64,000 nt of DNA, from IMG/VR virus record IMGVR_UViG_3300011923_000008, positions 7,453 through 71,452 of that record; one strand, given 5' to 3'. The notes beneath the pieces were generated by a model that saw only the letters and a list, made by a program, of their open reading frames with translations, did not search any database and was not told the origin of the DNA. This document shows positions 37,956 to 47,771 of this stretch, one piece after another; position 1 is the first letter of the stretch, and the number at the start of each line of letters is the position of its first letter. The translations under genes were made by a program, and so were the position numbers. The DNA comes from a virus. Lineage: Duplodnaviria; Caudoviricetes.

Positions 37956-40112
37956 TCAAAGTTGCAGGCCGTCTGGCCCAGGGGTTTTGATGCCGGCCAT
38001 CAAGCCGACGCCGGGATTGGCTGGAAGCACAGGGTTCGTGTTCTGCGCAGCACCTGGTGGCAGCACCGGCTCAGCAATTGCGGCCGCGCCGCCAGCTGCA
38101 GGGTCTGCAGTGGCCGCCATGCCAGAGGCAGCAGGCACAATCGGCGCCGCGTCATGGTCCACATAGCCAGCGGATCCCAGCAGGCCATCGGCCGTCGTGG
38201 CGGTGCCCGGCGTCATCTCGATGATCTGCGCCGTCTGAACTGCGCTGTATTGCGTCTCGACGTTCGTGCCGATAGCTCTGTTGTCGGACAGGCGGGCGTC
38301 TGCCTTGGCCTTGATCGCCTGCGCAGCCATGAGATCGGCCTTGGCCTGCAGCGTCGGATCGACAGGCGCCTGGCTTGACTGCATGGCTTCCAGGATCTCC
38401 GACTTGTCGGCCAGGTTGGAGTAGCGGATGACGGTGGCATCAGGCAACCGCACGCCGGCATTGCGCATTTCCATGACCTGCTGGAACTGGCTGTTCTCAA
38501 AGGTGACCTGCATTGGCTGCTCGGAAATCACCACGTCATAGGTGCCCACGGTCACATCGTTGATGTAGTCACCCGTCGCAGGATCAAACTTGTTGATCTC
38601 CAACACTTCGTCCGTTGGCTTGCCACTCAGTGGATCCATCTCCGTGATGCGGAAGATGCGGTAACTGTCGTAGTAGCGCTGGATCAGCTTGGTGATCCGC
38701 GTGGCCAGCAGATGCCGGGTATAGGCCAGGTTGTCGAGGGGCACTGCCAGCTGCTGCTGGCTGGCGAACTGCTTGGACTGGATGGCGATGCCCGAGATCT
38801 CCGGACCTTGGCTGCCGCGCATCGCGTCGGGCACGGTCACGTCCTTGAGCGCCTTGTCTGCGCGGTCGATGATGCGATCGATGCCGGTAGGCACCTGGTT
38901 GGGGCCAATCTTCTTGGGTGGTTTGCTTTCCTTCTTGTACTCGATGACCAGGCCCGTCTGCGCGCCGACATTCTCCAGTTCCTCGGTGTCCATGTTGGAC
39001 AGCGAATCTTGCTCCACCATCCAGCCGCCATTGGCCGAGCTGTTGAGGATGTGGATGAACTGGCTCACCGCTTTGTTCAAGACTTCTTGCGGGCCAATGG
39101 CGCTATCAACCATGCCGCGCGTTTTGCCGCGTCGGAAATAAGCGAAGTACGGGACGATCGTGAAGTGGTCATAAGGACTGTAGTCCTCATGCAGCGTACG
39201 GCACCAAGTGCTCACGATCCAACGAATACGCTTGCGCATGCGCTTTGCGCGCACCGCCCCCTTGGCCAGAGCATCTGCTTTCGAATCGTCCGCCATGGTG
39301 GACTCGACCAGCACATCGCCAGTGGTGGGGTGCACCAGGCACGGGGTGAGCTCATAGACAAACTGCTGCCGCTCGATCACGCGGTAGCGCTTGAAGCCCT
39401 GCTCGTCAGTGCGGTAGGCGTCGTAGAGGCTGGCCTGGCTGAACATGCCGAACTTGCTGCGCTCGGCCTCGTCATCGAAGTCACCGAAGTCCGGCCCCTC
39501 GTCGTTGCTCGACTCCGCCTCGGTCCGAGCGGCCTTACCGTAGCGCTGCTCAATCTCATCTAGCGTCAGCCAGCGCGTCACCAGCACATCGCCCCAGTCG
39601 TCTGGGTCGTAGCTCTTGGCATCCGGGTCCGGGATCACGTCCAGCGGATCCAGGGTATCAATGGTCACCTCACCCAGGATGTTGCTCTCAAAATCCATGC
39701 GCAGGTCGAAGTAGCCACGCTGCGCGATCAGGCCGTCGCTGAATACCTGAGTCTCCATCCAATGCAGGTTGGTCGAATCCGTCACCTGCTTGACCAGCTT
39801 GGTCAGGATCGTGGCCTTATCGAGGTCGGCCTGGCCGCCGCGCGGCTTGTAGACGATGTCCATGCGGTTGTGGATTTGGTAGCCCACGGCTGAATTGATC
39901 GAGGGCTGCACCTCGTTGAACTCGTAGCATGGCCGGCCCTGCTCCTGCAGCACAGCACGATCCACCGCGCTCCACTGCTCACCGCCGCCCAGGTACATGC
40001 CCTCGCACCGGTTGGCATGTTCCATGAATTGAGTGTGGCCACGGTCCTTGCCGTAGAGGTAGCGGGCCCAGTTCTCTCGCGCCTTGTCGTTGTCTTGTGC
40101 CATGGTGTTCAT
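37956..40112 (-). CDS. Portal protein, P22-like
   Basis: 718 aa after terL; YLGGGEQW, GRPCYEFNEVQPSIN, DPDAKSYDPDDW, SGIAIQSKQ. Confidence 0.9.
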   Translation of the reverse strand: MNTMAQDNDKARENWARYLYGKDRGHTQFMEHANRCEGMYLGGGEQWSAVDRAVLQEQGRPCYEFNEVQPSINSAVGYQIHNRMDIVYKPRGGQADLDKATILTKLVKQVTDSTNLHWMETQVFSDGLIAQRGYFDLRMDFESNILGEVTIDTLDPLDVIPDPDAKSYDPDDWGDVLVTRWLTLDEIEQRYGKAARTEAESSNDEGPDFGDFDDEAERSKFGMFSQASLYDAYRTDEQGFKRYRVIERQQFVYELTPCLVHPTTGDVLVESTMADDSKADALAKGAVRAKRMRKRIRWIVSTWCRTLHEDYSPYDHFTIVPYFAYFRRGKTRGMVDSAIGPQEVLNKAVSQFIHILNSSANGGWMVEQDSLSNMDTEELENVGAQTGLVIEYKKESKPPKKIGPNQVPTGIDRIIDRADKALKDVTVPDAMRGSQGPEISGIAIQSKQFASQQQLAVPLDNLAYTRHLLATRITKLIQRYYDSYRIFRITEMDPLSGKPTDEVLEINKFDPATGDYINDVTVGTYDVVISEQPMQVTFENSQFQQVMEMRNAGVRLPDATVIRYSNLADKSEILEAMQSSQAPVDPTLQAKADLMAAQAIKAKADARLSDNRAIGTNVETQYSAVQTAQIIEMTPGTATTADGLLGSAGYVDHDAAPIVPAASGMAATADPAAGGAAAIAEPVLPPGAAQNTNPVLPANPGVGLMAGIKTPGPDGLQL

Positions 40113-41677
40113 GCGGCCTGAGCCGATCCTCGTTTGCGCTGGCTGATGCCCAGGCGATCACGCCATGAGCGTTCCTTCTTCGCCTGCTTTGGGGTGGGGA
40201 TGTTGGAGACAAAGGTCATGGCCACGCAGTCGCCCTTGTCCGGGCTGCGGCCCAGCGCCTCGCGGATCTCGTCCTTGCTGCGCACCTGGATGGCGGCCTT
40301 CTGCCCCATGGTCACCACCTTGTAGCGGACGGCGCACAGGTCGGCGGCAAGCTCTGGGTCAGGCGGCAGAGCCACGGGATCTGGGTTTAGAGGGTCCAAG
40401 GCTTCACGCATGCGCCAGTACATCTCAGCGCGCTTGTTGCGAAAGCGCAGCTGGCCGGCCTTGTCCATGAGCTCGCTCGAGTTGGAGCCAACAACGGACA
40501 GCACCAGCAGATTGAGCCCCACCAGGAAGTCCAGCGCGCTCGAGCCAATGCCGATACCGTCCACGCAGATGCACGCGCCGTTGCGCACCAGGGGCACCAC
40601 GAAGCCTGCTGCCTTGGGGCCGTCATTGGTCACGATGCCCGGCACGGTCACAAGGTGATCAAACCAATTGCCATAGCGCGGGGCGGCGCTGGATTTGTCG
40701 ATGCCGCCGCGCGCGGGGTCGAAGCCGAGAGCGGTCATTTGGCCCTTGGCATCCCTGGGCTTCCAGCGGGCCTGCGCTGCCTTCACCCATTCGGTCGGAA
40801 TCAGCTGCCAGGCAGGGTCAGCCGCGCCGGCGTTGAAATCCCCGCGCAGCATCTGGGAGCGCAGGGGCTCGGGCAGCGCCTGCAGCTTGGCCTTGTAGCC
40901 AGTGGCTGCCAGGAACAGGTTGTCATCCACGCTCGACGGGATGAATGTGCGGCTCTGGGGTCTGACCAGTTCGCCCCCCATCATCACGGGCTCTGGCCCG
41001 TCGGTCTCCTGGTCCTCGCCCTTTTCGTTGGTGAAATACCAGCGCAGCTCTCCCGGCTTGGCAGGGTTGCCGTGGTTGGGGTCCAGCCATGGCGCCCAAA
41101 AGCGCTTCACCCACTCGCCCTCCGGCTCGGTGGGGGGATTGCCCGCGCAAACCACGCGCTGGCGCACCTTGGGGTTGTCCGTGCGCAACCAGCCGATCAG
41201 CGTGCGGAACTGCATTTCTGTGAAGTGGCAGATCTCGTCGAACAGCTTGGCGTCGTGCGGGCGGCCCTGGTACTTGATCCAATCGCCTGCGTCCTTCACG
41301 CTGCCCAGCTCCAGGATCCGCTTGCCAGGCAGACGCCAGACACCGTCCTGGCTGTTGTAGCCCTTGCGGGTGCCGATGATCTTGGCCATGCGCTCTTCGA
41401 TACCCACCAGCTGCACGGCTTCGCGCCGGAAGATGATGCTGTGCTCTTGGGAGGTAAGCGACAGCCCCAGCAGCAGATCGGTCTTGCCGCCGCCGGCCGA
41501 GCCGCCGTAGAAGACGATGTCCGCTGGCGAGTTGTAGGCGCTCAGCTGTGGGCCATCCTGCGGCACCCAGATCGGTGCACCTTCGGCCAACAACAGCTTG
41601 TCCAGCTCCCGCTTGAGGTCGGCAGGCATGGCCTTCACCATCTCCAACATTTCAGCAGTGGATGGAGCCTTGCTCAT
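40109..41677 (-). CDS. terL: Terminase large subunit
   Basis: Walker A FYGGSAGGGKT, Walker B LFDE, coupling motif GNPP, nuclease GFDPARGG and PDKGD. Confidence 0.95.
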   Translation of the reverse strand: MSKAPSTAEMLEMVKAMPADLKRELDKLLLAEGAPIWVPQDGPQLSAYNSPADIVFYGGSAGGGKTDLLLGLSLTSQEHSIIFRREAVQLVGIEERMAKIIGTRKGYNSQDGVWRLPGKRILELGSVKDAGDWIKYQGRPHDAKLFDEICHFTEMQFRTLIGWLRTDNPKVRQRVVCAGNPPTEPEGEWVKRFWAPWLDPNHGNPAKPGELRWYFTNEKGEDQETDGPEPVMMGGELVRPQSRTFIPSSVDDNLFLAATGYKAKLQALPEPLRSQMLRGDFNAGAADPAWQLIPTEWVKAAQARWKPRDAKGQMTALGFDPARGGIDKSSAAPRYGNWFDHLVTVPGIVTNDGPKAAGFVVPLVRNGACICVDGIGIGSSALDFLVGLNLLVLSVVGSNSSELMDKAGQLRFRNKRAEMYWRMREALDPLNPDPVALPPDPELAADLCAVRYKVVTMGQKAAIQVRSKDEIREALGRSPDKGDCVAMTFVSNIPTPKQAKKERSWRDRLGISQRKRGSAQAA

Positions 41678-42417
41678 GCGGCTGCACCTCCAGTGATGGC
41701 AGCCAAGGCGCCGGGGTTGGCTGCCAAAATCCTGGCCATGCGCACAGCCCGCTCTGCATCTGTCAGCTCGCGCCCACCCAACTGGCCCGGCATGTCGCCG
41801 CCCTCGGCATCATCTTTGATGCCCCAGGCCTGACGCTCGAGTCCAACCAGCAGGCGCAGGGATTCAGCCAGAGAGCGCATGGTGCTGGAGCGGCCAGCCA
41901 GGCTCATTGCGCGGTTCATTCCATCCAGAAGCTTGGACCGTGCCGCGCTGCTCAGCTGTTCGCCGGCCGGGCGCTCGGCCAGCGCCTGCTCGATTTCCTC
42001 GAAGAGTTCGGGTCGCGTGGTCTGGAGCTCAAGCTCCTCCAGCAGGGACAGGCACAGGCTGCGGGCCCGCTGAATGTCGCGGCGCTGACCCAGGCGCACA
42101 TCTGCCACAGCCTGTGCATTGCCGTCGATCACCAGCTTCTCAGCCGCCCGAGCCTCTTTGGATACCTCGCTGGATACCGCCGCTTTGGATACCAGCGCTT
42201 CCGCCTTCGCGTGGATCTTCTGGGTGAGGTCGCGCTCCCAGCCATCACGCTTTGCACGCTTGTTGATGGCCCCATGGGTGATGTCGTGCTCATCGGCGAT
42301 CTGGCGCAGCGTCTTGATGCCCGCCCGGTAGTCCAGCTCAATGCGCTCCCAGTCCACAGCCTGGCGTGCAGGCGCGAGGTTTTGTTTGCTGTCGGTCGAT
42401 GTCTTGGGCGTGGTCAT
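41674..42417 (-). CDS. terS: Terminase small subunit
   Basis: VDWERIELDYRAGIKTLRQIADEHDITHGAINKRAKRDGWERD HTH; ATGA overlap with terL. Confidence 0.88.
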   Translation of the reverse strand: MTTPKTSTDSKQNLAPARQAVDWERIELDYRAGIKTLRQIADEHDITHGAINKRAKRDGWERDLTQKIHAKAEALVSKAAVSSEVSKEARAAEKLVIDGNAQAVADVRLGQRRDIQRARSLCLSLLEELELQTTRPELFEEIEQALAERPAGEQLSSAARSKLLDGMNRAMSLAGRSSTMRSLAESLRLLVGLERQAWGIKDDAEGGDMPGQLGGRELTDAERAVRMARILAANPGALAAITGGAAA

Positions 42418-42424
42418 TGAACGA

Positions 42425-42466
42425 ATGATCCATGCCGGGCTCCCCCAGGTCGAACCCTATCGGGGG
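42425..42466 (-). promoter_or_regulatory. Late promoter copy 6 (terminase/head operon), likely leaderless
   Basis: CCCCCGATAGGGTTCG-N20-GATCAT-N7-ATG(42417). Confidence 0.75.
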
Positions 42467-42491
42467 TAGGTGTTGCCACCTGTGAGAGACG

Positions 42492-43013
42492 CTACCCGAT
42501 CAAGGCCAGCTGGTTGCTTTTCTGAGCCTCTTTCAGTTGCCGCGCCAGTGACGCCTGCTCACGCTCCATATCGCTGATGCGATCGGCAAGCGCCCGGTTG
42601 CGCACTGTGGCCTCAACCAGCAGTGCCGCCACATCGTTCTGCGTCTGCAGCTGCGCATACTGCAGGGCAAAGCCCCCCAGCTGGCGGGCCAGGGCCCGCG
42701 CCTCTGGGGTGAAGAGGCGCAACTCCTGATCCCCAATTTCGATCAGCACCATGTTGTTGTGCAGGTCGGTCACGGAGATGGCCCGAGGCTCGGGCAGCGG
42801 GTCCACCACTTCATAGACGCCATCGACCAGGCGCCGCATGCGCCCTTCTTCGATCCAGCGGCTGACGTGGTCGTCGACCTTGGTGTAGGGGAAGTCTGTG
42901 AGCTCCATCAACCGCTGACGACTGATCGCCTGACCAGCTTCGCGCAGCGAGACAATGCAGTCCCAGATAATCTGACCTGTGGAGTTGGTGCTAACGGTAG
43001 TATTCATCATCAT
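42492..43013 (-). CDS. Winged-HTH plus coiled-coil protein, candidate late activator
   Basis: ISRQRLMELTDFPYTKVDDHVSRWIEEGRMRRLVDGVYEV wHTH pattern; last gene before first late promoter. Confidence 0.7.
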   Translation of the reverse strand: MMMNTTVSTNSTGQIIWDCIVSLREAGQAISRQRLMELTDFPYTKVDDHVSRWIEEGRMRRLVDGVYEVVDPLPEPRAISVTDLHNNMVLIEIGDQELRLFTPEARALARQLGGFALQYAQLQTQNDVAALLVEATVRNRALADRISDMEREQASLARQLKEAQKSNQLALIG

Positions 43014-43081
43014 TTCCCGGTAAACTGAGTTTGCTCAGGTCTCAGACCGGGAAACGCCACCTTCGGGTGGCTTTCCTTTTT

Positions 43082-43342
43082 TCAGCCGTCCATAAGCCGG
43101 CGCACCGTGACGTTGAGGGCATCGACCTCGTCCATCTTCTTGATCCGCCACATCGCGCGCTGGCCGTGCCACCCGTTACGACTTCCCTGGTGGCAGTCCT
43201 TGCACAGGGCCACTGCCGTGTACTGGCTCCCCTGCTTTACGTGGTGGGCATCGCTGGGTCCCGGCTCGTCGCAGACGCTGCAGGGCAGTTCCTTGACTTT
43301 GGCCAGGTGGTCGCGCTCTTTAGCGTTGAGGCGGTTCAGCAT
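43082..43342 (-). CDS. Ref-like/HNH-type Zn nuclease
   Basis: CSVC..DAHH..VALCKDCH. Confidence 0.8.
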   Translation of the reverse strand: MLNRLNAKERDHLAKVKELPCSVCDEPGPSDAHHVKQGSQYTAVALCKDCHQGSRNGWHGQRAMWRIKKMDEVDALNVTVRRLMDG

Positions 43343-43632
43343 GGCAATAACTCCATGCTTCTTGCATCCAACTTGGTGGATACCACTCGCCCTTCGGCAT
43401 TACTCACCTGAAGGCAGATCGTCATTTCGTGGTGCTCGACAATCCAGTTCAGCTTGTAGACACTGAATTTGCCTCGAATATTGCTGGGCGGGTTTCTCGT
43501 CACGGCACCATGAAACTGGCTTCGGGCGAGGCGCACAAGCTTGTCACTCACCTGGTACAACTCGACGGCCTTTGCGTTTTGCAGTTTTGCCGCGGCTGCA
43601 GCTCGGCGGTTGAAGGCTGTCTTTTTCAGCAT
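43336..43632 (-). CDS. Hypothetical protein, 98 aa
   Basis: Overlaps both neighbours; GGAG upstream. Confidence 0.65.
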   Translation of the reverse strand: MLKKTAFNRRAAAAAKLQNAKAVELYQVSDKLVRLARSQFHGAVTRNPPSNIRGKFSVYKLNWIVEHHEMTICLQVSNAEGRVVSTKLDARSMELLPC

Positions 43633-44000
43633 GCTCCGCAACCTCCCCGTGCCAGTGCAAACACGCTGTTGGGCTGCGTGCGCAGGGCCAACGCCACCGT
43701 TTCTGCCGCGTTCAAGGGCGCCGGTGGCTCCCCTTTGACGGGTTTGTCAGTGCTGGCCATAGCCTCCAGCATGGTCTGGCTGCCGTCGGCCAGCTGGTAC
43801 TTGACGGGCCTTCGGCTGCGATCGACGCTCATGAGGCCCAAGCTCACGGCCCGGGTGCAGTAGGTCCATGTGTGGCGCGGCTCGATCTCTCCCGTCATGC
43901 GCGCGGTGATCTCCGAGCAGGTGCAGGAACCGAGCTTGCCGACGATATCCAGCACTTCGCGAAAGCGCTGCCCCAGTGGGCGGCCAGTGGTGTGGGTCAT
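43626..44000 (-). CDS. Winged-HTH protein
   Basis: EVLDIVGKLGSCTCSEITARM...YCTRAVSLGLMSVDR; GGGGAG SD; ATGA overlap. Confidence 0.7.
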   Translation of the reverse strand: MTHTTGRPLGQRFREVLDIVGKLGSCTCSEITARMTGEIEPRHTWTYCTRAVSLGLMSVDRSRRPVKYQLADGSQTMLEAMASTDKPVKGEPPAPLNAAETVALALRTQPNSVFALARGGCGAC

Positions 44001-44470
44001 TGGCGGAACTCCCCAAAAAACGATTCCATGCTGGCCCAGCGCTGCTGGGCGTTCTGTGTGGGCCACAGCACCAGCTGTGCATGCTCAGTCCACAGGAACT
44101 GGTCAATGTCGCGATGCAGCTCGCAGAAGGCTGCTTCGTCCATGCTCTCGAAATCCATGCTCTTGGGCACAGCGTTGGGCTTGCCGTCCAGGCCTGGCAC
44201 GAAATCGCAGTGGCCGGCGCCCATAAGGAGCCAGGCGCGCAGCTTGCTGGCATCGTCGAAGGCCTCGGTGCGGTCCAGCAGCCGGTTGATCCTCAGGAAG
44301 AAGAAACGGTGATGCTCAGGCGAACGCGGCAGCCAGAACTGGAAGCCCAAGGTTTCGCCGGGCTTGAGGCTGTTCACGGCATTCTTGAAGCGGGCATAGG
44401 CCCGGTGCCCAGCAGCGTCGGAGCCGCAGAGCTTGCCGTCCTGGCCTTTGGTGATGACGAGGCGGGTCAT
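43997..44470 (-). CDS. DUF1367/NinB-like protein
   Basis: PRSPEHHRFFF, VPKSMDFESMDE; nin-region position. Confidence 0.8.
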   Translation of the reverse strand: MTRLVITKGQDGKLCGSDAAGHRAYARFKNAVNSLKPGETLGFQFWLPRSPEHHRFFFLRINRLLDRTEAFDDASKLRAWLLMGAGHCDFVPGLDGKPNAVPKSMDFESMDEAAFCELHRDIDQFLWTEHAQLVLWPTQNAQQRWASMESFFGEFRQ

Positions 44471-44628
44471 GGCAGCAACTCCAATTTCGCACAGACGGCA
44501 CCCCAATTGGTGGTGCGCAACAGCACGCCACCCTTTTCTGCGCACTCATTTCTGCCCTGCAGCGAAAACCAGCAGGACACGGCGAACAGAAGTGCCATCG
44601 CGGTGAGGAAGATGATCAAGGGCTTCAT
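44467..44628 (-). CDS. Small membrane peptide, 53 aa
   Basis: MKPLIIFLTAMALLFAVSCWFSLQGRNECAEKGGVLLRTTNWGAVCAKLELLP*; ATGA overlaps on both sides; not in track. Confidence 0.7.
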   Translation of the reverse strand: MKPLIIFLTAMALLFAVSCWFSLQGRNECAEKGGVLLRTTNWGAVCAKLELLP

Positions 44629-45125
44629 GCCAGCTCCTGGCGGCCCCAGTGGGCCAGCAGCACGCTCTCAGCGCGGTTGTGGTCTTTGGCGCGCGACAGC
44701 GATGCGGCAGCCTCTGGGTGCTTGGTACGGGCCAGCGCGAGCGACTCGCCCTTTTCCTTGCCCACGCCCAAATCCTTCTTCCACTGGCGCGGCGCCACGT
44801 ACCGCACCTTGTATTTCAAGCACTCCAGCACCGATTCGATGGCGCCCAGCGAGCGCAGCAGGCTGCCTTGCGTCTGCACAGCGTTGTTGGCACCGCCCAT
44901 GGTGCCCACTTGCTCGAGCACAACGGTGGGCAGGCCATCTTCTGCCGGGCAGTGCTTGAGCAGCAGCTGGCACAGCGCGCGGCCGTCGATCTTGCGCTTG
45001 ACCAGAGCCTTGGGGCCGGCACCAGGTGCTGCCATGGTGGGCAAGTCGAACACCACACGCACGCCGTTGTGGTCGGTGACGGCGATCGCGCCGGTCAAAC
45101 CTGGGTCAATTCCAATAATGATCAT
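44625..45125 (-). CDS. RuvC-like Holliday junction resolvase
   Basis: IIGIDPGLTGAIA, VVLEQV, KDHNRAESVLLA. Confidence 0.9.
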   Translation of the reverse strand: MIIIGIDPGLTGAIAVTDHNGVRVVFDLPTMAAPGAGPKALVKRKIDGRALCQLLLKHCPAEDGLPTVVLEQVGTMGGANNAVQTQGSLLRSLGAIESVLECLKYKVRYVAPRQWKKDLGVGKEKGESLALARTKHPEAAASLSRAKDHNRAESVLLAHWGRQELA

Positions 45126-45143
45126 TGGTGGTCGCTCCTATTT

Positions 45144-46529
45144 TTATTCAAAATCTCGGGGGGCGGCCGTGCCGGGCTTCGGACCGTCCCAGTTCATGAA
45201 TCGCACGTTCTCGCCTACGTAACAGAGGTCAATATCGCCAGTGGCGCCACCTCGCTGCTTTGCAACTCGCAGGTTGCAGTAGTAGCGCCAATCCGCACTC
45301 AGGGTTGGCTTGGCATGGATCGGGCGAAACGGAAACATCACGATGTCGGCGTCTTGCTCGATCTCTCCGCAGTCCCGCAGGTCTGACAGAAGCGGAATTT
45401 GGTCGACGCGCTTCTCAACCTCTCGATTCAGCTGCGCCAACAACATCACTGTGATGCCCAGCTCCTTGGCCAGTTTTTTCAGGTTGCGTGTGACTTCTCC
45501 AAGCTGCGAAGTGCGGTTCGCACGTGGGTCGGTTCCATCCATGAGGCCGAGATAGTCGATGATCAACAGACGCAGGCCATGACGACGCTTGAGCGCACGC
45601 GCCTTGGTGCGCAAGGTGTTGATGTTTAGGCTGGACTTATCGTTCACGTAGAACGGCAGTTTTCGAATCTGATCGGCTGCCTGGGTCAGGTCGGCCCAGT
45701 CCTGATCTCCGAGTCGCTCGGGCCGGCGGATCTTCGACAGATGAACATTCGATACCATCGAGACTTGGCGATCTTGCAGGTGTTGGCGCGGCATCTCCAG
45801 TGAGAACATGCCGACAGTAGCGCCGATCTGAGCGCAGTACATGCCAATCGTCACCGCCAGCGCCGTTTTCCCCATGCTCGGCCGTGCACCGATGATTACC
45901 AAATCACCCGGCCTCATGCCGCCATCAAGTTGATTGTCCAAGTCACGAAGGCCTGTTGGAAGAAAACCGCTACCCTTGTTCTCCAGCCGGGTGTTGAGCT
46001 CATCAATGAACTCGGTCATACCTTCGTCTGAGCCGGTCCACTCCTCTCCTGGGGAGGCTTCGAGCAGACCAGCCAGTTGGGCCGACACTTGCTCTACGCG
46101 ATCACCTATAGGCATCGAGTGGTCTGCTGCAAGATCCCTGGCCTTATCGACAACGCCCAATAGCTGCCGACTTAGTGCCCGTTCATGGACGATCTCGGCG
46201 TAGCGTCGTACAGCCGATCCGTTTGTCGTGCTAGCCTGCGAGATCTCGTTCAGGTAGTACAACTCGACTCGACCCTGCAGGTGTTCAAACACTGTCAGTA
46301 CGTCGATAACCTTGCAGGCCATGGCCATGCTTGCGATTGCCGAGTAAATCTCGCCGTATTGCTCCACCGCGAAGTGGTGCGCCTGCAAGATGTCGCCCAC
46401 CACATCGAAATGCCGGGCGTCCATGAGCAGCGATCCCAGAACCGCCTGTTCGGCTTCGATGCTCGCCAGCGGTGAGGTAATCGACTGCTGTTCGCCATCG
46501 AGTGGCGGAAAGGTTTGTGGGGCATTCAT
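45144..46529 (-). CDS. dnaB: Replicative helicase, DnaB family
   Basis: AEQAVLGSLL, GARPSMGKT, IIDYLGLM, LAQLNR, DLRDCGEIEQDAD. Confidence 0.95.
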   Translation of the reverse strand: MNAPQTFPPLDGEQQSITSPLASIEAEQAVLGSLLMDARHFDVVGDILQAHHFAVEQYGEIYSAIASMAMACKVIDVLTVFEHLQGRVELYYLNEISQASTTNGSAVRRYAEIVHERALSRQLLGVVDKARDLAADHSMPIGDRVEQVSAQLAGLLEASPGEEWTGSDEGMTEFIDELNTRLENKGSGFLPTGLRDLDNQLDGGMRPGDLVIIGARPSMGKTALAVTIGMYCAQIGATVGMFSLEMPRQHLQDRQVSMVSNVHLSKIRRPERLGDQDWADLTQAADQIRKLPFYVNDKSSLNINTLRTKARALKRRHGLRLLIIDYLGLMDGTDPRANRTSQLGEVTRNLKKLAKELGITVMLLAQLNREVEKRVDQIPLLSDLRDCGEIEQDADIVMFPFRPIHAKPTLSADWRYYCNLRVAKQRGGATGDIDLCYVGENVRFMNWDGPKPGTAAPRDFE

Positions 46530-47473
46530 GCAGCACCACCTTTCGTGACCGTGCGCTCGATGACATGCTGCATACCACGGTCCGTCAGCAGGAAGTCGAG
46601 ATCGCACTGCCAGCCAGCATGCTCAGCGCTGCGCTGGCTGCGTCCCATCAGGAAATCGTTGTCACGGGCACGACTGAAGTAGCCGCGCAGCCATTCGATG
46701 GCCTCGCTAGCACTCTGCGCCCTCGGCGTGTTATCGGATTTTTTGCTCGTCAGGACCCAACGCCAGACACGGGCAATAGCCTTGCGGCGCTTGTCGCTCA
46801 GAAGCCGAACGCGTGGAAGTTCCGGAAGAATTTCATGGTATGCCGAAACAACTGCGTCAACATCACAGCGAGACAGCTTTGAGTCTTTGACGACAACATC
46901 GGCACTGGGCTCATCATCGAGAAGACAAGTTTGATCCGTCCCCGCTCCGTCGCCCCCGGCGACAGAACCGTTAGGTTCTTCATTCTTTTCCTGTTCCTGT
47001 TCTTGCTCTTGGCTTCGTAGGCCCTTTGAAGGGGCTTTCGAAGAGTCGCTATTTCCACGCTTTCGCTCCAGGTGGAAAGCCTGTTGATAGCGGTCGAAGA
47101 AGACGCCCAAGAAAGGGTTGTCTGGGAGGGCGTCATAGTCCTTCTGGATTCCCTTGCAACGCAAGTCAGACGCTTTGAGTTCGCTAGCAATTTGGTAGCT
47201 TGCCATCTCGTGAACCCACACGAATTCCGAGTCTTCGTCGTAGGAGCAATAACCTACTTCGACACACTTCTGAAGGCCCTTCATAGCCCCTTCTTGACCT
47301 AGGCCAGTTTCATGCGCCATGTACAAAACAGGCTGCGCGAACAAACCGAGCATGTTGGAGCTGGGAGAGGACATCAGGTACAAGGCCACCACAAGCCCTT
47401 CGGGGGACCTTCGAAGGGCCTTTATGGTCTTGCCGTGCCACATCTTTGGCACAACTTTGGCGTAGTCACGCAT
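46526..47473 (-). CDS. Replication initiator protein
   Basis: N-terminal wHTH-like region, QEQEQEQE linker, C-terminal WQCDLDFLL; directly upstream of dnaB. Confidence 0.85.
   Translation of the reverse strand: MRDYAKVVPKMWHGKTIKALRRSPEGLVVALYLMSSPSSNMLGLFAQPVLYMAHETGLGQEGAMKGLQKCVEVGYCSYDEDSEFVWVHEMASYQIASELKASDLRCKGIQKDYDALPDNPFLGVFFDRYQQAFHLERKRGNSDSSKAPSKGLRSQEQEQEQEKNEEPNGSVAGGDGAGTDQTCLLDDEPSADVVVKDSKLSRCDVDAVVSAYHEILPELPRVRLLSDKRRKAIARVWRWVLTSKKSDNTPRAQSASEAIEWLRGYFSRARDNDFLMGRSQRSAEHAGWQCDLDFLLTDRGMQHVIERTVTKGGAA
47021..47425. repeat. Possible origin iterons inside the initiator gene
   Basis: Dispersed AAG(G/C)CCCTTC-like repeats in both orientations near 47021-47040, 47272-47292, 47393-47422. 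Confidence 0.35.
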
Positions 47474-47771
47474 GAGGCAAACCCCTCTCAGCAGCCATCT
47501 GCGCTTTGCGCTCTGGCGACCGGCTGTTGATCAGCGCATACATGGCCCTGCGATTGCGCTCTGCGCTCTCGTGGAACAGCGGGTCCTTGGTGAGCTCGAA
47601 GTCCACCAGGTCAGCGTGCATCAGCAGGCCCTGAGCCTTGATGCGCAGTTCCATGGCCTGGTCAGCAGGCGCCATGGCGTTTGGCAACTCATCGAAGCTC
47701 ACGATCATTGCAGGCAGGTCCTGCTCACCGTCCGGCCCGATGATCCGGATCATTGACATTTGGGCGTTCAT
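47466..47771 (-). CDS. Hypothetical protein, 101 aa
   Basis: GGAG SD; ATGA overlap with upstream gene. Confidence 0.7.
   Translation of the reverse strand: MNAQMSMIRIIGPDGEQDLPAMIVSFDELPNAMAPADQAMELRIKAQGLLMHADLVDFELTKDPLFHESAERNRRAMYALINSRSPERKAQMAAERGLPHA

Noticed and set aside
36938-38378. Several long plus-strand ORFs over scaffold and portal
   Set aside because: Antisense to clear structural genes.
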